A stretch of 64,000 nt of DNA from Verrucomicrobiaceae bacterium (GCA_028293825.1 JAQGNY010000010.1:384008-448007); one strand, 5' to 3'; counted from the first letter of the stretch, positions 36,911 to 46,631 are shown. Notes: generated by a model not told the origin, from the sequence alone. Numbers and translations: made by a program.

Positions 36911-37624
36911 CTAGCGCGCGAGAGTTAGTGCCCAGCTTGCGCTCAGCTCGATATGATTGCCGCTGCGGTTCGAGTTCAGCACATATTTCGCATCGTCGTC
37001 GCTATACGTCCAGCGCAAATGCCAGTCGGTATGCCATTGCTGTGTTTTCACGCCCACCCAAAAATAATTGTAATTGCTATCCCACTTGCCGGCGCCGTGC
37101 GAGCGACCATAACCAAGTTCGCCATCGAGCGTCGGTGACAACGCTAACTGACGTTCGATTTCGACGTTCCATGCCGACCAACCCAATTGTCGGTAGTTCT
37201 CGCTGTATGCGAATTGCATCGCGACGTTGTCGCGGTAAAACAAATTAGCGCGCCACTCCTGATAATTTTGCGCTTCCAGGCGATCGTTATTGAAACCTTT
37301 AATCCAGGCGCGGCTGAGCGACCATTGCCAGTTGGTAGTAAATGCGGCGGCGTAACCGGCGTTGAAATCCAGCTGCCATTCGCGCGCTATTGAATGGTCG
37401 TAATGATTTTGAATGTCCGTCTGTCCGGCCCACGTATCCAAAAACCAGCCGTCGCGCTGCGCAAGCGCGAGCGCGCCAATGACCACCGGCCCGGAATTGC
37501 GTGAGGCAACGCCGCGATACACGTATTGCGAGGCGATGCTGACGTAGGCATCGGCGCTCACTGCGGCGGGCGGCGCAGGTGCGTCGTCTACGACGGCGGG
37601 ATTTAAAAGAGCGCTAAACGGCAC
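36911..37624 (-). CDS. TorF-family putative porin (TIGR02001/Gcw_chp-like), no signal peptide in the ORF
   Basis: 'SADAYVSIASQYVYRGVASRNSGPVVIGALALAQRDGWFLDTWAG...' with Trp/Tyr-rich beta-strand periodicity to the end. The ORF opens with GTG only 8 codons after an in-frame stop, so no export signal is encoded. Confidence 0.55.
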   Translation of the reverse strand: MPFSALLNPAVVDDAPAPPAAVSADAYVSIASQYVYRGVASRNSGPVVIGALALAQRDGWFLDTWAGQTDIQNHYDHSIAREWQLDFNAGYAAAFTTNWQWSLSRAWIKGFNNDRLEAQNYQEWRANLFYRDNVAMQFAYSENYRQLGWSAWNVEIERQLALSPTLDGELGYGRSHGAGKWDSNYNYFWVGVKTQQWHTDWHLRWTYSDDDAKYVLNSNRSGNHIELSASWALTLAR

Positions 37625-37648
37625 ACGATCCCTTGTTAACGATTTTTA

Positions 37649-38875
37649 TCAGGGTGTCATTGCGGTTGCTTGCGTTAACCACAGTTTAAGTTTCTCCAAT
37701 GTTTGCGCGGCCGATAGTCGTTGTTCGCCCTGGCGCAACAGCGCCGATATTCCCGTTACTCGCGCCGCAGCCATGGAGCTGCCGGAAAAAAAATCATAAT
37801 GCCCGCCAGGACTGGTACTTAATAATTCACTCGCCGCAGCTTCCACCAGCGTACTGTCTTTGCTGGGCATTTTTATCAAGAAACCGGTTTGTGCCGATTC
37901 CGCAACCGCAATGACACCAACGACCTCGGCAGGGAATGCGTCGCGCGCACTGCGGGCGGCGACAATGAGCGTACGCCGGGCGAGGGCGATTTGCAGCAAC
38001 TGCGTGAGCAGTGGATCGGACGGGCCACCAAGGCTCAGATTTATCACATCGGCATTATTTTCGATGGCGAAGCTCAACGCTTTTGCCAGTGTGAAAGAAT
38101 TGCAGCGCGCGGCAATCTCCCCGCGTTTCAACTGCCAGCATGCCTTCAACGCCAGGATATCGGCATCGGGCGCCAGACCTGCGATACCAATCCCGTTATT
38201 GGCAGTGGCCGCAATAATTCCAGCTACGGCGGTGCCGTGAATATCGGTATCGAAATGCTCACCACTACTATCGTCGTCGACAAAATTACGCGCGATGCGA
38301 ATGCGATTTTGCAAATCCGGATGGGTGCGGTCGATGCCGGTATCGATGATGGCTACACGCACACCGCGCCCGGTCGAGCGTAAATGCCATTGCTGGATCT
38401 GTTCGGCATCGCGTCCATATTGCAATGCGAAATACGGATCGGCATTGCTCGCCTGTACGTCACGCGCCTGCACATAAAAGGTTTGCTGCGGTTGCGCCAA
38501 GCGAATGCGCTTGTCCTGATGCAGCTGCGTTAGCAATAGCTGTGAATCGATATTCTTCGCTACCGCCATCACCGCGCAATACACACCGAGCAGGCGTATC
38601 GGCCAGCCATCGACTTTTTTTAATGCGTAATCGTGTTCGAGGCTGCGCACAATACTCGCGGTCGCAGGCGAAATTTGGTAACCGGGATGGTGATAGCCGC
38701 GTTGTGGCACTGCGGGAATTTCGCTGTCGTCGAGCGTGACCAGCAATAGCGTCTCTGTACTATCGCTATTCGTACTTGCATAAGCTGCTGTTGCTCCAAA
38801 CCAGCAAAGCGCGGCGATTAAAAATCGCCTGAGCTTTGTTGAAATAAACCTCGAAACCAGCATCGAAATCAACAT
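37649..38875 (-). CDS. S8 family (subtilisin-like) serine peptidase
   Basis: Signal peptide 'FLIAALCWFGATAAYA'. The catalytic triad blocks are 'VRVAIIDTGIDRTHPDL' (D), 'DIHGTAVAGIIAA' (H) and 'FSGSSMAAARVTG' (S). A propeptide-like N-terminal region ends '...LHQDKRIRLAQPQQTF'. Confidence 0.9.
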   Translation of the reverse strand: MLISMLVSRFISTKLRRFLIAALCWFGATAAYASTNSDSTETLLLVTLDDSEIPAVPQRGYHHPGYQISPATASIVRSLEHDYALKKVDGWPIRLLGVYCAVMAVAKNIDSQLLLTQLHQDKRIRLAQPQQTFYVQARDVQASNADPYFALQYGRDAEQIQQWHLRSTGRGVRVAIIDTGIDRTHPDLQNRIRIARNFVDDDSSGEHFDTDIHGTAVAGIIAATANNGIGIAGLAPDADILALKACWQLKRGEIAARCNSFTLAKALSFAIENNADVINLSLGGPSDPLLTQLLQIALARRTLIVAARSARDAFPAEVVGVIAVAESAQTGFLIKMPSKDSTLVEAAASELLSTSPGGHYDFFSGSSMAAARVTGISALLRQGEQRLSAAQTLEKLKLWLTQATAMTP

Positions 38876-39570
38876 TGCACTGGCTCGACCAAGGCGACGG
38901 CGGGATGCAGCCGCAGGCGCTGCAAACTTACCGCGGGCTCACTCACGTGCAATGTATACACGCCGTGCGCGCTGGGCCCATTAACTATTTGCGCGTTCAC
39001 CGCTTGCAGCAGCGCTTGCAAATCCGTCGCGGAAAAATTATCGCTGAAGCGAATACGCAACTGTCCGCAACTTGCTGGCACGCTGCTATTTGCAAGTGTT
39101 CGATAGGCCGGAGGTGCTTGGTTGTACCACGCCAATACAACAGCGATTAGTAGCGTCGCGGCGCTCGCTAACGGCAATCGATACACTTTTAGTTTGCGCG
39201 CACCATCCGAATACAGCGCACTTGTTTGTTCATCAGTGTCTTGCGCCGCCACTGGTTTTTTAAAGAGGACAATGTTTGCCGCGCGCGACGGTTTTGTGTC
39301 GATCCGCGCCAACAATTTATCAAAGGATTTTTGCTCGCGAGCCGACTCGATTGGGTCCTGCAACGGAACGCTTTGGTAAGGTGCGGGCTCGATCGCTATC
39401 GCTTTATGAAAATGCGTTTGCAATCTGCGTGCAAACTCGAGTTCCTCGCGGCACAGCGGGCACTGCGCTAAATGCGCGTCAACCGCCGTGGTGCGCTCCG
39501 CAGACAGTTTTTGCTGCGAATACGCCGGTAATAAATTTAAAAATTCGACATGGCCGTCGCGGAATTTCAT
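38869..39570 (-). CDS. anti-sigma factor (zf-HC2), single-pass membrane protein
   Basis: 'AVDAHLAQCPLCREELEFARRL' is a zf-HC2 motif. It has the TM helix 'LASAATLLIAVVLAWY'. An ATGA overlap links it to the sigma gene, and it overlaps the S8 gene start by 7 nt. Confidence 0.8.
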   Translation of the reverse strand: MKFRDGHVEFLNLLPAYSQQKLSAERTTAVDAHLAQCPLCREELEFARRLQTHFHKAIAIEPAPYQSVPLQDPIESAREQKSFDKLLARIDTKPSRAANIVLFKKPVAAQDTDEQTSALYSDGARKLKVYRLPLASAATLLIAVVLAWYNQAPPAYRTLANSSVPASCGQLRIRFSDNFSATDLQALLQAVNAQIVNGPSAHGVYTLHVSEPAVSLQRLRLHPAVALVEPVQC

Positions 39571-40166
39571 AACGCGTCACCGTAGGACAGAGGGCGAGCT
39601 TCAAGTAATTGTTTGAGACGTTTGCGGGCGTAGTGCAAACGCGTTTTAACGGTACCTATCGGACACTCCATCATCCGGGCGATTTCTTCGCAGGAATAGC
39701 CGAAATAATAAGTCAGCTCCAGCGTCTGTTGATGCTCTGCAGAAAGTTGCTGCAGACTGACCGCCAGATCGCTATCGCCTGTGTTGAATGGCGTTTTTGG
39801 CTCCGGCATGTCGTGGGTTTCATGCGCTGCTATTTGTTGTTCTAAAAGACTTTGCTGTTCTAAAAAAATTTGCTGGCGCCGCCATTGATCGCGCCAGCGA
39901 TAACTCTTGCGTGTTGCTATGCCGAGCACCCAGGTCGTTACGCGTGATTCACCGCGAAACTCGCCGGCTTTTTCCCACACCACCCACATGACGTCGTTCA
40001 GCAATTCATCGACGGCATCGATGCGTCCCACCAAGCGCAATAAATACCTGCTCAGTGGCGGATACAACGCGTGATAAAGCGCCCGAAACGCGGTTTTATC
40101 GCGCAGCGTAACCCGCTGTAGAAGCTCACGCAGTTCTTCATCGGTATGACCGCTCTTTGAATCCAT
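39567..40166 (-). CDS. RNA polymerase ECF-type sigma-70 factor
   Basis: Region 2 is 'AFRALYHALYPPLSRYLLRL...DELLNDVMWVVWEKAGEF'. Region 4 is 'LSAEHQQTLELTYYFGYSCEEIARMMECPIGTVKTRLHYARKRL'. The start is ATG 40166. Confidence 0.9.
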   Translation of the reverse strand: MDSKSGHTDEELRELLQRVTLRDKTAFRALYHALYPPLSRYLLRLVGRIDAVDELLNDVMWVVWEKAGEFRGESRVTTWVLGIATRKSYRWRDQWRRQQIFLEQQSLLEQQIAAHETHDMPEPKTPFNTGDSDLAVSLQQLSAEHQQTLELTYYFGYSCEEIARMMECPIGTVKTRLHYARKRLKQLLEARPLSYGDAL

Positions 40167-40360
40167 GCGAGCCCCGCGAGCTATGAGCAATTGTGTGCAG
40201 CTATTAGCGATTAGTGCGGGTTTTCACGCGCCGGGTTCAACACTAGAAAAATATTTTTCGATTGAACTCGAAGCCTGTCGCTCGCGCACTTACAGAGCGA
40301 ACCGATCTGTTTATTGTCAGCCGAATTTCGGTCTGCAGACGCATGCCGGTGCGCATTTGA

Positions 40361-40391
40361 TCATCGAACTTTACTAATCATCGAGCTTTAC
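40361..40391 (+). promoter_or_regulatory. 17-nt-period direct repeat upstream of the TIGR03118-like gene
   Basis: tcatcgaactttac (40361-40374) and tcatcgagctttac (40378-40391) match 13/14. They lie 50-80 nt upstream of ATG 40441, inside the divergent sigma/propeller intergenic region. Confidence 0.3.
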
Positions 40392-40440
40392 GGGCGTCGC
40401 TACAACTTGGTTTTTAAATCGATAATTCAGGAGAAATATC

Positions 40441-41589
40441 ATGCAGGAATTCAAATTCGCGCGCGCAGTGGCCGCGTCGGCGCTGTTGTCGACGGCACTA
40501 CTGTCGATGGGAACCGCGACTCACGCGGTGGCCGAAGGATTTTTCGATCAGCACAATTTCTACGAGCCGCACAATCTGGTATCGGACGGCATTACACCCG
40601 CCGACCATACCGATGCCAATCTGGTGAACCCCTGGGGAATTGCCTTTAATCCGACTGGCCCGGTATGGATATCCAACAATCATTCGGGAACATCAACGTT
40701 GTACGACGGCGATGGCAATATCGTGCCGTTGGTCGTGAAGATCCCCGGTCCCATAACGACCGCAGATCCGGGTGCGCCCACCGGGATTATTTTTAGCGGC
40801 GGCACCAATTTTGTTGTGACAGTTGGAAGTGCCAGCGGCCCGAGCCGTTTTATCTTTGCGACCGAGCAAGGCACCATCGCCGGTTGGGCGCCGAATGTCG
40901 ATCTGACGCACGCAATTACCATAGTTGATAACTCGAAACACAATGCCATCTATAAGGGACTGACATTGAGCGCCGGTGGTAATGGCAGTTTGTTGTATGC
41001 CACCGATTTCCATAACAACAAAATCGATGTCTTCGACGGTAATTTCAAACCGGTCGCGGTGACTGGGAAATTTTTCGATCCCTACATTCCAGCGGGTTTT
41101 GCGCCGTTCGGTATTCAGACGATCGGCGGCAATATTTATGTCACCTATGCCAAACAGGATGCCGATAAGGAAGACGATGTGCGTGGCCGTGGTTTCGGAT
41201 TTATCGATGTGTTCGACCCTAATGGTTATCTACTGCATCGCGTCGCGTCGCGGGGGGCACTTAACGCACCATGGGGATTGGCAGTGGCACCGGCAGGTTT
41301 TGGTCGATTCTCTAATTGCCTGCTGGTCGGCAATTTTGGCGACGGGCGTATCAGCGCCTTCGATTTGGTTACCGGTCTGTTTGTCGGCCAACTACGCGGC
41401 GCTGATCATCGACCATTAGAAATCGAAGGACTGTGGGGGTTGGCATTTGGTAACGGTTTTGCTGCGCAACCGGTGAACACATTGTATTTCACTGCCGGAC
41501 CGCTTGATGAAGAGCACGGTATATACGGTCGCATCAGCGTTAAATCGCGGCCGGACTACGATTCGCGTTTCGATCGCGAAGACTTTTAA
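40441..41589 (+). CDS. TIGR03118 family protein (secreted beta-propeller-like, function unknown)
   Basis: Signal peptide 'AASALLSTALLSMGTATHAVA'. Motifs are 'NLVSDG...ANLVNPWGIAFNPTGPVWISNNHSGTSTLYDGDG', 'FATEQGTIAGW' and 'NAPWGLAVAPAGFG...LLVGNFGDGRISAFD', as I recall for TIGR03118. Confidence 0.6.
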   Translation: MQEFKFARAVAASALLSTALLSMGTATHAVAEGFFDQHNFYEPHNLVSDGITPADHTDANLVNPWGIAFNPTGPVWISNNHSGTSTLYDGDGNIVPLVVKIPGPITTADPGAPTGIIFSGGTNFVVTVGSASGPSRFIFATEQGTIAGWAPNVDLTHAITIVDNSKHNAIYKGLTLSAGGNGSLLYATDFHNNKIDVFDGNFKPVAVTGKFFDPYIPAGFAPFGIQTIGGNIYVTYAKQDADKEDDVRGRGFGFIDVFDPNGYLLHRVASRGALNAPWGLAVAPAGFGRFSNCLLVGNFGDGRISAFDLVTGLFVGQLRGADHRPLEIEGLWGLAFGNGFAAQPVNTLYFTAGPLDEEHGIYGRISVKSRPDYDSRFDREDF

Positions 41590-41663
41590 TTAATTCAGTT
41601 AAGTTTGCTGCGAAGGAAGACAATTTCTGTGCAGAAGTTTGATTGAACAAGGACTGATAAAAC

Positions 41664-41689
41664 GCTGCCGACCCGGTATGGTCGGCAGC
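41664..41689 (+). terminator. GC-rich hairpin after the TIGR03118-like gene
   Basis: gctgccgacc-cggtat-ggtcggcagc, a 10-bp perfect stem. A T-rich tract starts ~12 nt later. Confidence 0.4.
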
Positions 41690-42336
41690 GCATTTGCCAT
41701 TATTTTTGAACGGCGCAGGATTTCGGTTTTGGCTTTGATCGGATACTTCTGAGCTCTAAAAATCTGAACTGCAAGGTTGACGCGAAAAGAATTTTCACTG
41801 ACAAAACTAGCCATTTTTTAGGCTTCTTTCAATCCTAATCCATCCAGTAAATTGTAGCGTGCCGACTCGATAAGGACGTCATGTCCGCCTATGTTTAAGA
41901 TTTGCTGACTCGGTTTTTAACTTCATTCCATCTGAATAAGCACATCACAGCCGGCGTTTTTTACAGGCTGCGAAACAAAAGGCTGCTGGGCTTTTTCGTC
42001 TTCAGCCACAGCTAATTCATGCGGATATCTGGCCGCAATGCTCGGTAAAAAAGCAGGCATTCGCATGGGGAATTCAGCGCTGCTCTGCGGGCTGCTCAGG
42101 TCGAGGGCCGGCGAATATTTAATTTTTACGTACAGCAGAACTTGGCTTTTACCGCTATCAGTTCGTAAGCCAAACTTGTCGGATTGCGTATCCACTTCCA
42201 TTTTTTTAAAAAAAATCGACCGAGTGCGGCCAACGGCATTAAAGTCGCTGTCACTAAACGTTCCAATGCGGATATCGATGGCATCTGATATGTCACTTGA
42301 AAGCGAAAATTTTAGGTCCACTAATGGAGAGCTGAA

Positions 42337-43152
42337 ATGACCACACCCAAATTTTGCCGAGTCGCAATTATTGTGAACGACATGGGCAGTTTTGTAAGCG
42401 ATGCCACTACGCTTCTTGGGCTGGAATTCATCGCACCGTCGATCGGTAATGAGTTTCCAGCTATTAAGGTGCTTTTCGGAGAGCATGGTTTAGAGCCGAT
42501 TCAGGTACTGCAGGATGTTGCGTTCGCGCGCGACGGACGTCTGATCGAAGTCGCTATTGATGTCGCCGACGCCGAAGCAACAAAAATAAAATTTAAGGCG
42601 GCAGGTTACCAGCCGGTGGTCAGCAACTTTCTTCCCGCGCCGAACGCTCACGAATATTTATTCGGACGTGATTTTCACGGACTCCCCGTTATGGTGTGTA
42701 CCGCCGGAGATAATGAAAAACAAATGCGTGTCGATGGTCCCTTTCGGGAGCTCGACGCGGCGCCTGCGCCGAAAATCGGCTGCGTTAGCGTGATCGTCGA
42801 CAGCATCGACGTTGTCAGCCGCGATTTCCACAAACTCTTTGGAATGACATTCGTCGAAACAGATGCCGGCGGTCTGGGCGCGCGCGCCGTTGTGGGCTCG
42901 CACCGCGTCAAGCTGATCGAAGGGCCGACGGATGCGTTGATGCAAGAATTTGAGCCGCCGTTGGCGGCTATCGAGTTCATGTTTGACGATGTCGAAGCGA
43001 CGCGTGAAAAGCTAGAGGCCGCCGGCTATCCGGTCAAATACACGCGAGCGCTTAACAGCGGTGGCAATGCCTATTATTTCGGTGCTGTATTTCAACGGAT
43101 GCCACTGGGCATATATCCGACAACCGCCGATGCCGAAATTCTCGGCTGTTGA
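42337..43152 (+). CDS. two-domain VOC (glyoxalase/dioxygenase-like) family protein
   Basis: 271 aa. Repeated beta-alpha-beta-beta-beta modules begin 'FCRVAIIVNDMGSFVSDATTLLGLEF' and 'IGCVSVIVDSIDVVSRDFHKLFGMTF'. GGAGAG lies 6 nt upstream of the ATG. Confidence 0.65.
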   Translation: MTTPKFCRVAIIVNDMGSFVSDATTLLGLEFIAPSIGNEFPAIKVLFGEHGLEPIQVLQDVAFARDGRLIEVAIDVADAEATKIKFKAAGYQPVVSNFLPAPNAHEYLFGRDFHGLPVMVCTAGDNEKQMRVDGPFRELDAAPAPKIGCVSVIVDSIDVVSRDFHKLFGMTFVETDAGGLGARAVVGSHRVKLIEGPTDALMQEFEPPLAAIEFMFDDVEATREKLEAAGYPVKYTRALNSGGNAYYFGAVFQRMPLGIYPTTADAEILGC

Positions 43153-44147
43153 ACGAGTGGTGGTCTTTCTCAAGGCGGTGTTTAGCCATGAATCCAGTTG
43201 AAATAAGAACAAGAGACGGCACCTGTCTGAGCTATGTATTTCGGTCGAAGGATGATGGCGGCTGCTGGCCAGCCGTCATCACTACGCAACTTATTAGTGT
43301 CAGTGGTGGCGCATACATGCCTTGAGAAATTTAATAAAGATATTTCGTAGTTGGATCGTGTCTAGATAAAAGATATTTTCTGTTAAAAAAATATTAAATT
43401 CGCAGAGACCATATTTAAATTTTTGAGAAAAAATTAAGTTTTAAAAAACCAATGGAATTGAAGTCTAGCTCTGTCCGATTTCATTTAGTCCCCTTAGTAA
43501 TTTCCCTTCTGTATAAATACCATGACAGGGGTGATGCATTAATTTCGGGCTAAAACGGATTGTGGAATAGATGCGTGGATCGGAGTTGTAGTTTCCCCCA
43601 CCAGCAATCCAGTCGTCGCAGTAATTTAACAATTGTGTGAGAAATCTAATCCAGCCAAATATCTTAGCTTCATCGCGGTTTAATCGAAACCATTCTCAAT
43701 GAAGTCCGCAGCGTTGCCTTGGCTGTCCTAAATGTCGCAATTTTATAATCACCGGAGTTGGTGCTATGGCGCTTTTTAGAAGATGTATAGCCAGATGATA
43801 TCAATTTCTTAAAGTTTCCTTATTTCCTCTATTCAGTCCCAACATTAATTCTTCATTGCAGCTTCAGCGTAGGGGTTGCACAAAACTAATACTATGTTAG
43901 TTTAAAAGCTGATTAGCTGTCAGCTATGAGTGGTATTGCTGAATCATATAAAAAGACGCCCGAGCGGTGACAGGGCGCCACTGGGTTTCGCCAATCGTTC
44001 AGGGATCTGGGCGGTAGTTCGGCGACACCAAGTAATTCTATTTTTTTATTTCACATAAAAGTTCAAGAACTCTTCTCCGGTGGTTGGCCGCACAACCGAT
44101 GGCTACTGCTAATAAAAATTAATAATTTAATTCTGGAGGTTATTGAA

Positions 44148-46610
44148 GTGAAACGATCATCCGTTCGCAGTTTATTAACTGTCGGCACCGGCGCGTTTGT
44201 AGTTGTTGCGGGCCTACCGGTGGCACAAGCGCAAACCCAATCCGCTGGGTTGGAAGAGGTCTTCGTTACCGCGCGTAAGCGCGAAGAGGGCGTGCAGGCC
44301 GTTCCTATCTCGATCACTGCGTTGTCCGGTGAAGCATTAGATCAACGGGGTGTACGTGATTTAGAAAGTCTTAATTCGGTAATCCCAGGATTTCATTTCG
44401 GGGTTGAAGGTGGGAAGGGCAATACCTCGGTAATTTTGCGTGGCCTTTCTAAAATTCCGTTGGGCGAGGGCGTATCGTCCGTCGTGACTTATTTTGCCAA
44501 CATCGCGCTGCCACCTCATGGCGGCAATATTCCAACCTACGACATCGCAAATATCCAAGTGCTAAAAGGTCCTCAAGGCACATTGTTCGGACGCAATACA
44601 TTGGGTGGTGCGGTGGTGATTACGCCGGTAGCGCCGACGTATGAATTCGGCGGCTATATCAAAGGTGATTACGGCACCAAGAATTTCCGCAGTCTCGAAG
44701 GCGCGGTGAACGTGCCGATTGTGGAAGATAAAGTTGCGGTGCGTGTTGCTGGACAAATTCGGCGCCAAGACGGCTTGGTTAAAAATATCACCGGCGGGCC
44801 TGACACCAATAATACCCATCAAAATAATTACCGCATTTCGTTGCTGCTTAACCCGATCGATAATCTCGAAAGCACAACTGTTTACGACCACACCACCGCT
44901 ATCGAACGCAGCGGCGGTGAGCATCTGTACTCGGTCCAACCTGGATTTTTCCCGAGTGCACCCGCATTTTTGCCGGGTGGTGGCGTTGATGTTGCTAATC
45001 CGCAAACGCAGCTATTTGGCCTCGGCCAATTAATCATTCCCCAGCTGAATGCCTCGCTTGCTGCACAACACGCCGCAGGCTTTTGGTCGGGCGCGCCGCA
45101 TTTAACTAACGGCGGCAATGAAAACGAAAATCTATGGGGCATCGCTAACGATACCTCTTATGACACCGGCGTCGTGACGGTGCGCAATATCTTCGGCTAT
45201 CGACGCGTTAATCAATTCGAAAATCTCGACACGGCGAATGTCGGCAATATCACGCTGCCTTTAGGGCCCGGCGGTTCGGCAATTCCGTTTGTGATTTTCG
45301 ATGCCGCGCAGGAGTTGAAGCGTGAATACTTGTCCGATGAATTTCAACTTTTCGGCAACGCGTTTGACGATAAATTGGATTGGATTGTCGGCGCGTTCTA
45401 CAACAAAGATCAAAATACCGGGCCTAGTGGTTCGACGTTCACCCAGTTTTCGGCCGGTGGTGAACATGCTCCTGCTATTGCCGCCTTGGTGAAAAACGAA
45501 AACAAATCAATCTTCGGGCAGATCGGGCTCGATATCTCTCAATGGACCGTCGAGGGGCTGAAATTTAACGCCGGTTTACGTGAGTCCTGGGACAGCGTTT
45601 GGGCCTGCGGCGGCTCATTAAATCCGGATGAATTACTGAGCGTGGGTGAGTGTAAAGACAATGCGGGGAATGTCGGAGCGGACCCCGTTACCGGCGCACC
45701 TATCGCAGTGGGAATTACCACCACCAGCGGCAAAGATTTGAGCTGGACGATCGGATTCGATTGGCAGATTTCTCCCGATACATTGGCGTACATCACCAGT
45801 CGACGCGGCTATCGCGGCGTCAACGTCAACACACCGCTGTTCCAAACGCCGTTTACCACCGGCGGTACCGGTTGTCTTACAACCACCGGCGCTTGCCCCA
45901 ATCTGACTTCGTTTCAAAAAGTTGATCCTGAAAAGCTCACCGATCTTGAGTTGGGTGTGAAAAATGACTGGGCTGTCGGTGATGTCAAAGGCCGACTTAA
46001 CGTCGCCACGTTTGTTTCTAAATACGACAAGGCCGTGCAATTTCTCAATGTTCAGGCGCTGGGTATTCCAAACGGCACACCCGACACACCGACCAACTCA
46101 TCGGTCGGTGTGAACGCGGCCAATCTCACTATTTGGGGTGTCGAGGCCGATCTTACAGTGATCCCGGTCGATAGTTTGACGGTGACTTTTTCCGGCGCTT
46201 ATACCGAAGAGCACATCGACAAAGTGGTAACGCCCAGCGGCGGCTTATCGTTGAGTGCATCACAGATCACCTTGCCGAGTCCGAAATTTTCCGGGACTCT
46301 CGCTGCGGCGTGGACACTGCCAGTTCATCCGTTGGAGGGCGACGTGATCGTGAGCGGCGATTATTTTCACACCGATAAATATAGTGGGCAGGGCGGGCAG
46401 AATTTGCCGGGGTATGAGTTGGCTAACTTCCGACTGGATTGGAAAGGCATCGCTCAAACCAAGTTGGATTTAGAGGCCTATCTCAATAACGCATTCGATA
46501 CCCATTATTACGCGAGCCCAGATGTATTCTTGGGCAACGGTTTTCCCGTTCAAGTTCTTATCCAAGGGCTGCCGCGCGAATGGGGCGTGCAAGCTAAATA
46601 CAGTTTTTAA
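44148..46610 (+). CDS. TonB-dependent receptor
   Basis: GTG start with GGAGG 8 nt upstream. Signal peptide 'LLTVGTGAFVVVAGLPVAQA'. The plug has 'LEEVFVTARKREEGVQAVPISI' and 'IQVLKGPQGTLFGRNTLGGAV', and the terminal strand is '...GVQAKYSF'. Confidence 0.9.
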   Translation: MKRSSVRSLLTVGTGAFVVVAGLPVAQAQTQSAGLEEVFVTARKREEGVQAVPISITALSGEALDQRGVRDLESLNSVIPGFHFGVEGGKGNTSVILRGLSKIPLGEGVSSVVTYFANIALPPHGGNIPTYDIANIQVLKGPQGTLFGRNTLGGAVVITPVAPTYEFGGYIKGDYGTKNFRSLEGAVNVPIVEDKVAVRVAGQIRRQDGLVKNITGGPDTNNTHQNNYRISLLLNPIDNLESTTVYDHTTAIERSGGEHLYSVQPGFFPSAPAFLPGGGVDVANPQTQLFGLGQLIIPQLNASLAAQHAAGFWSGAPHLTNGGNENENLWGIANDTSYDTGVVTVRNIFGYRRVNQFENLDTANVGNITLPLGPGGSAIPFVIFDAAQELKREYLSDEFQLFGNAFDDKLDWIVGAFYNKDQNTGPSGSTFTQFSAGGEHAPAIAALVKNENKSIFGQIGLDISQWTVEGLKFNAGLRESWDSVWACGGSLNPDELLSVGECKDNAGNVGADPVTGAPIAVGITTTSGKDLSWTIGFDWQISPDTLAYITSRRGYRGVNVNTPLFQTPFTTGGTGCLTTTGACPNLTSFQKVDPEKLTDLELGVKNDWAVGDVKGRLNVATFVSKYDKAVQFLNVQALGIPNGTPDTPTNSSVGVNAANLTIWGVEADLTVIPVDSLTVTFSGAYTEEHIDKVVTPSGGLSLSASQITLPSPKFSGTLAAAWTLPVHPLEGDVIVSGDYFHTDKYSGQGGQNLPGYELANFRLDWKGIAQTKLDLEAYLNNAFDTHYYASPDVFLGNGFPVQVLIQGLPREWGVQAKYSF

Positions 46611-46631
46611 ACAGATTCACAATACGCTTCT

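Noticed and set aside
40190-40260. Candidate ECF-type promoter 'GTTGAACC-N18-CACTAA' upstream of the sigma gene
   Set aside because: The spacing and the -10 element do not match the usual GGAAC-N16/17-CGTC pattern well enough to claim without transcription start site data.
41923-42486. 187-aa minus-strand ORF overlapping the start of the two-domain VOC gene by 150 nt
   Set aside because: The VOC gene has a good SD and family motifs. The minus ORF has no motif, and only its distal ~90 codons (from Met at 42201) could be real. It is not supported enough to report.
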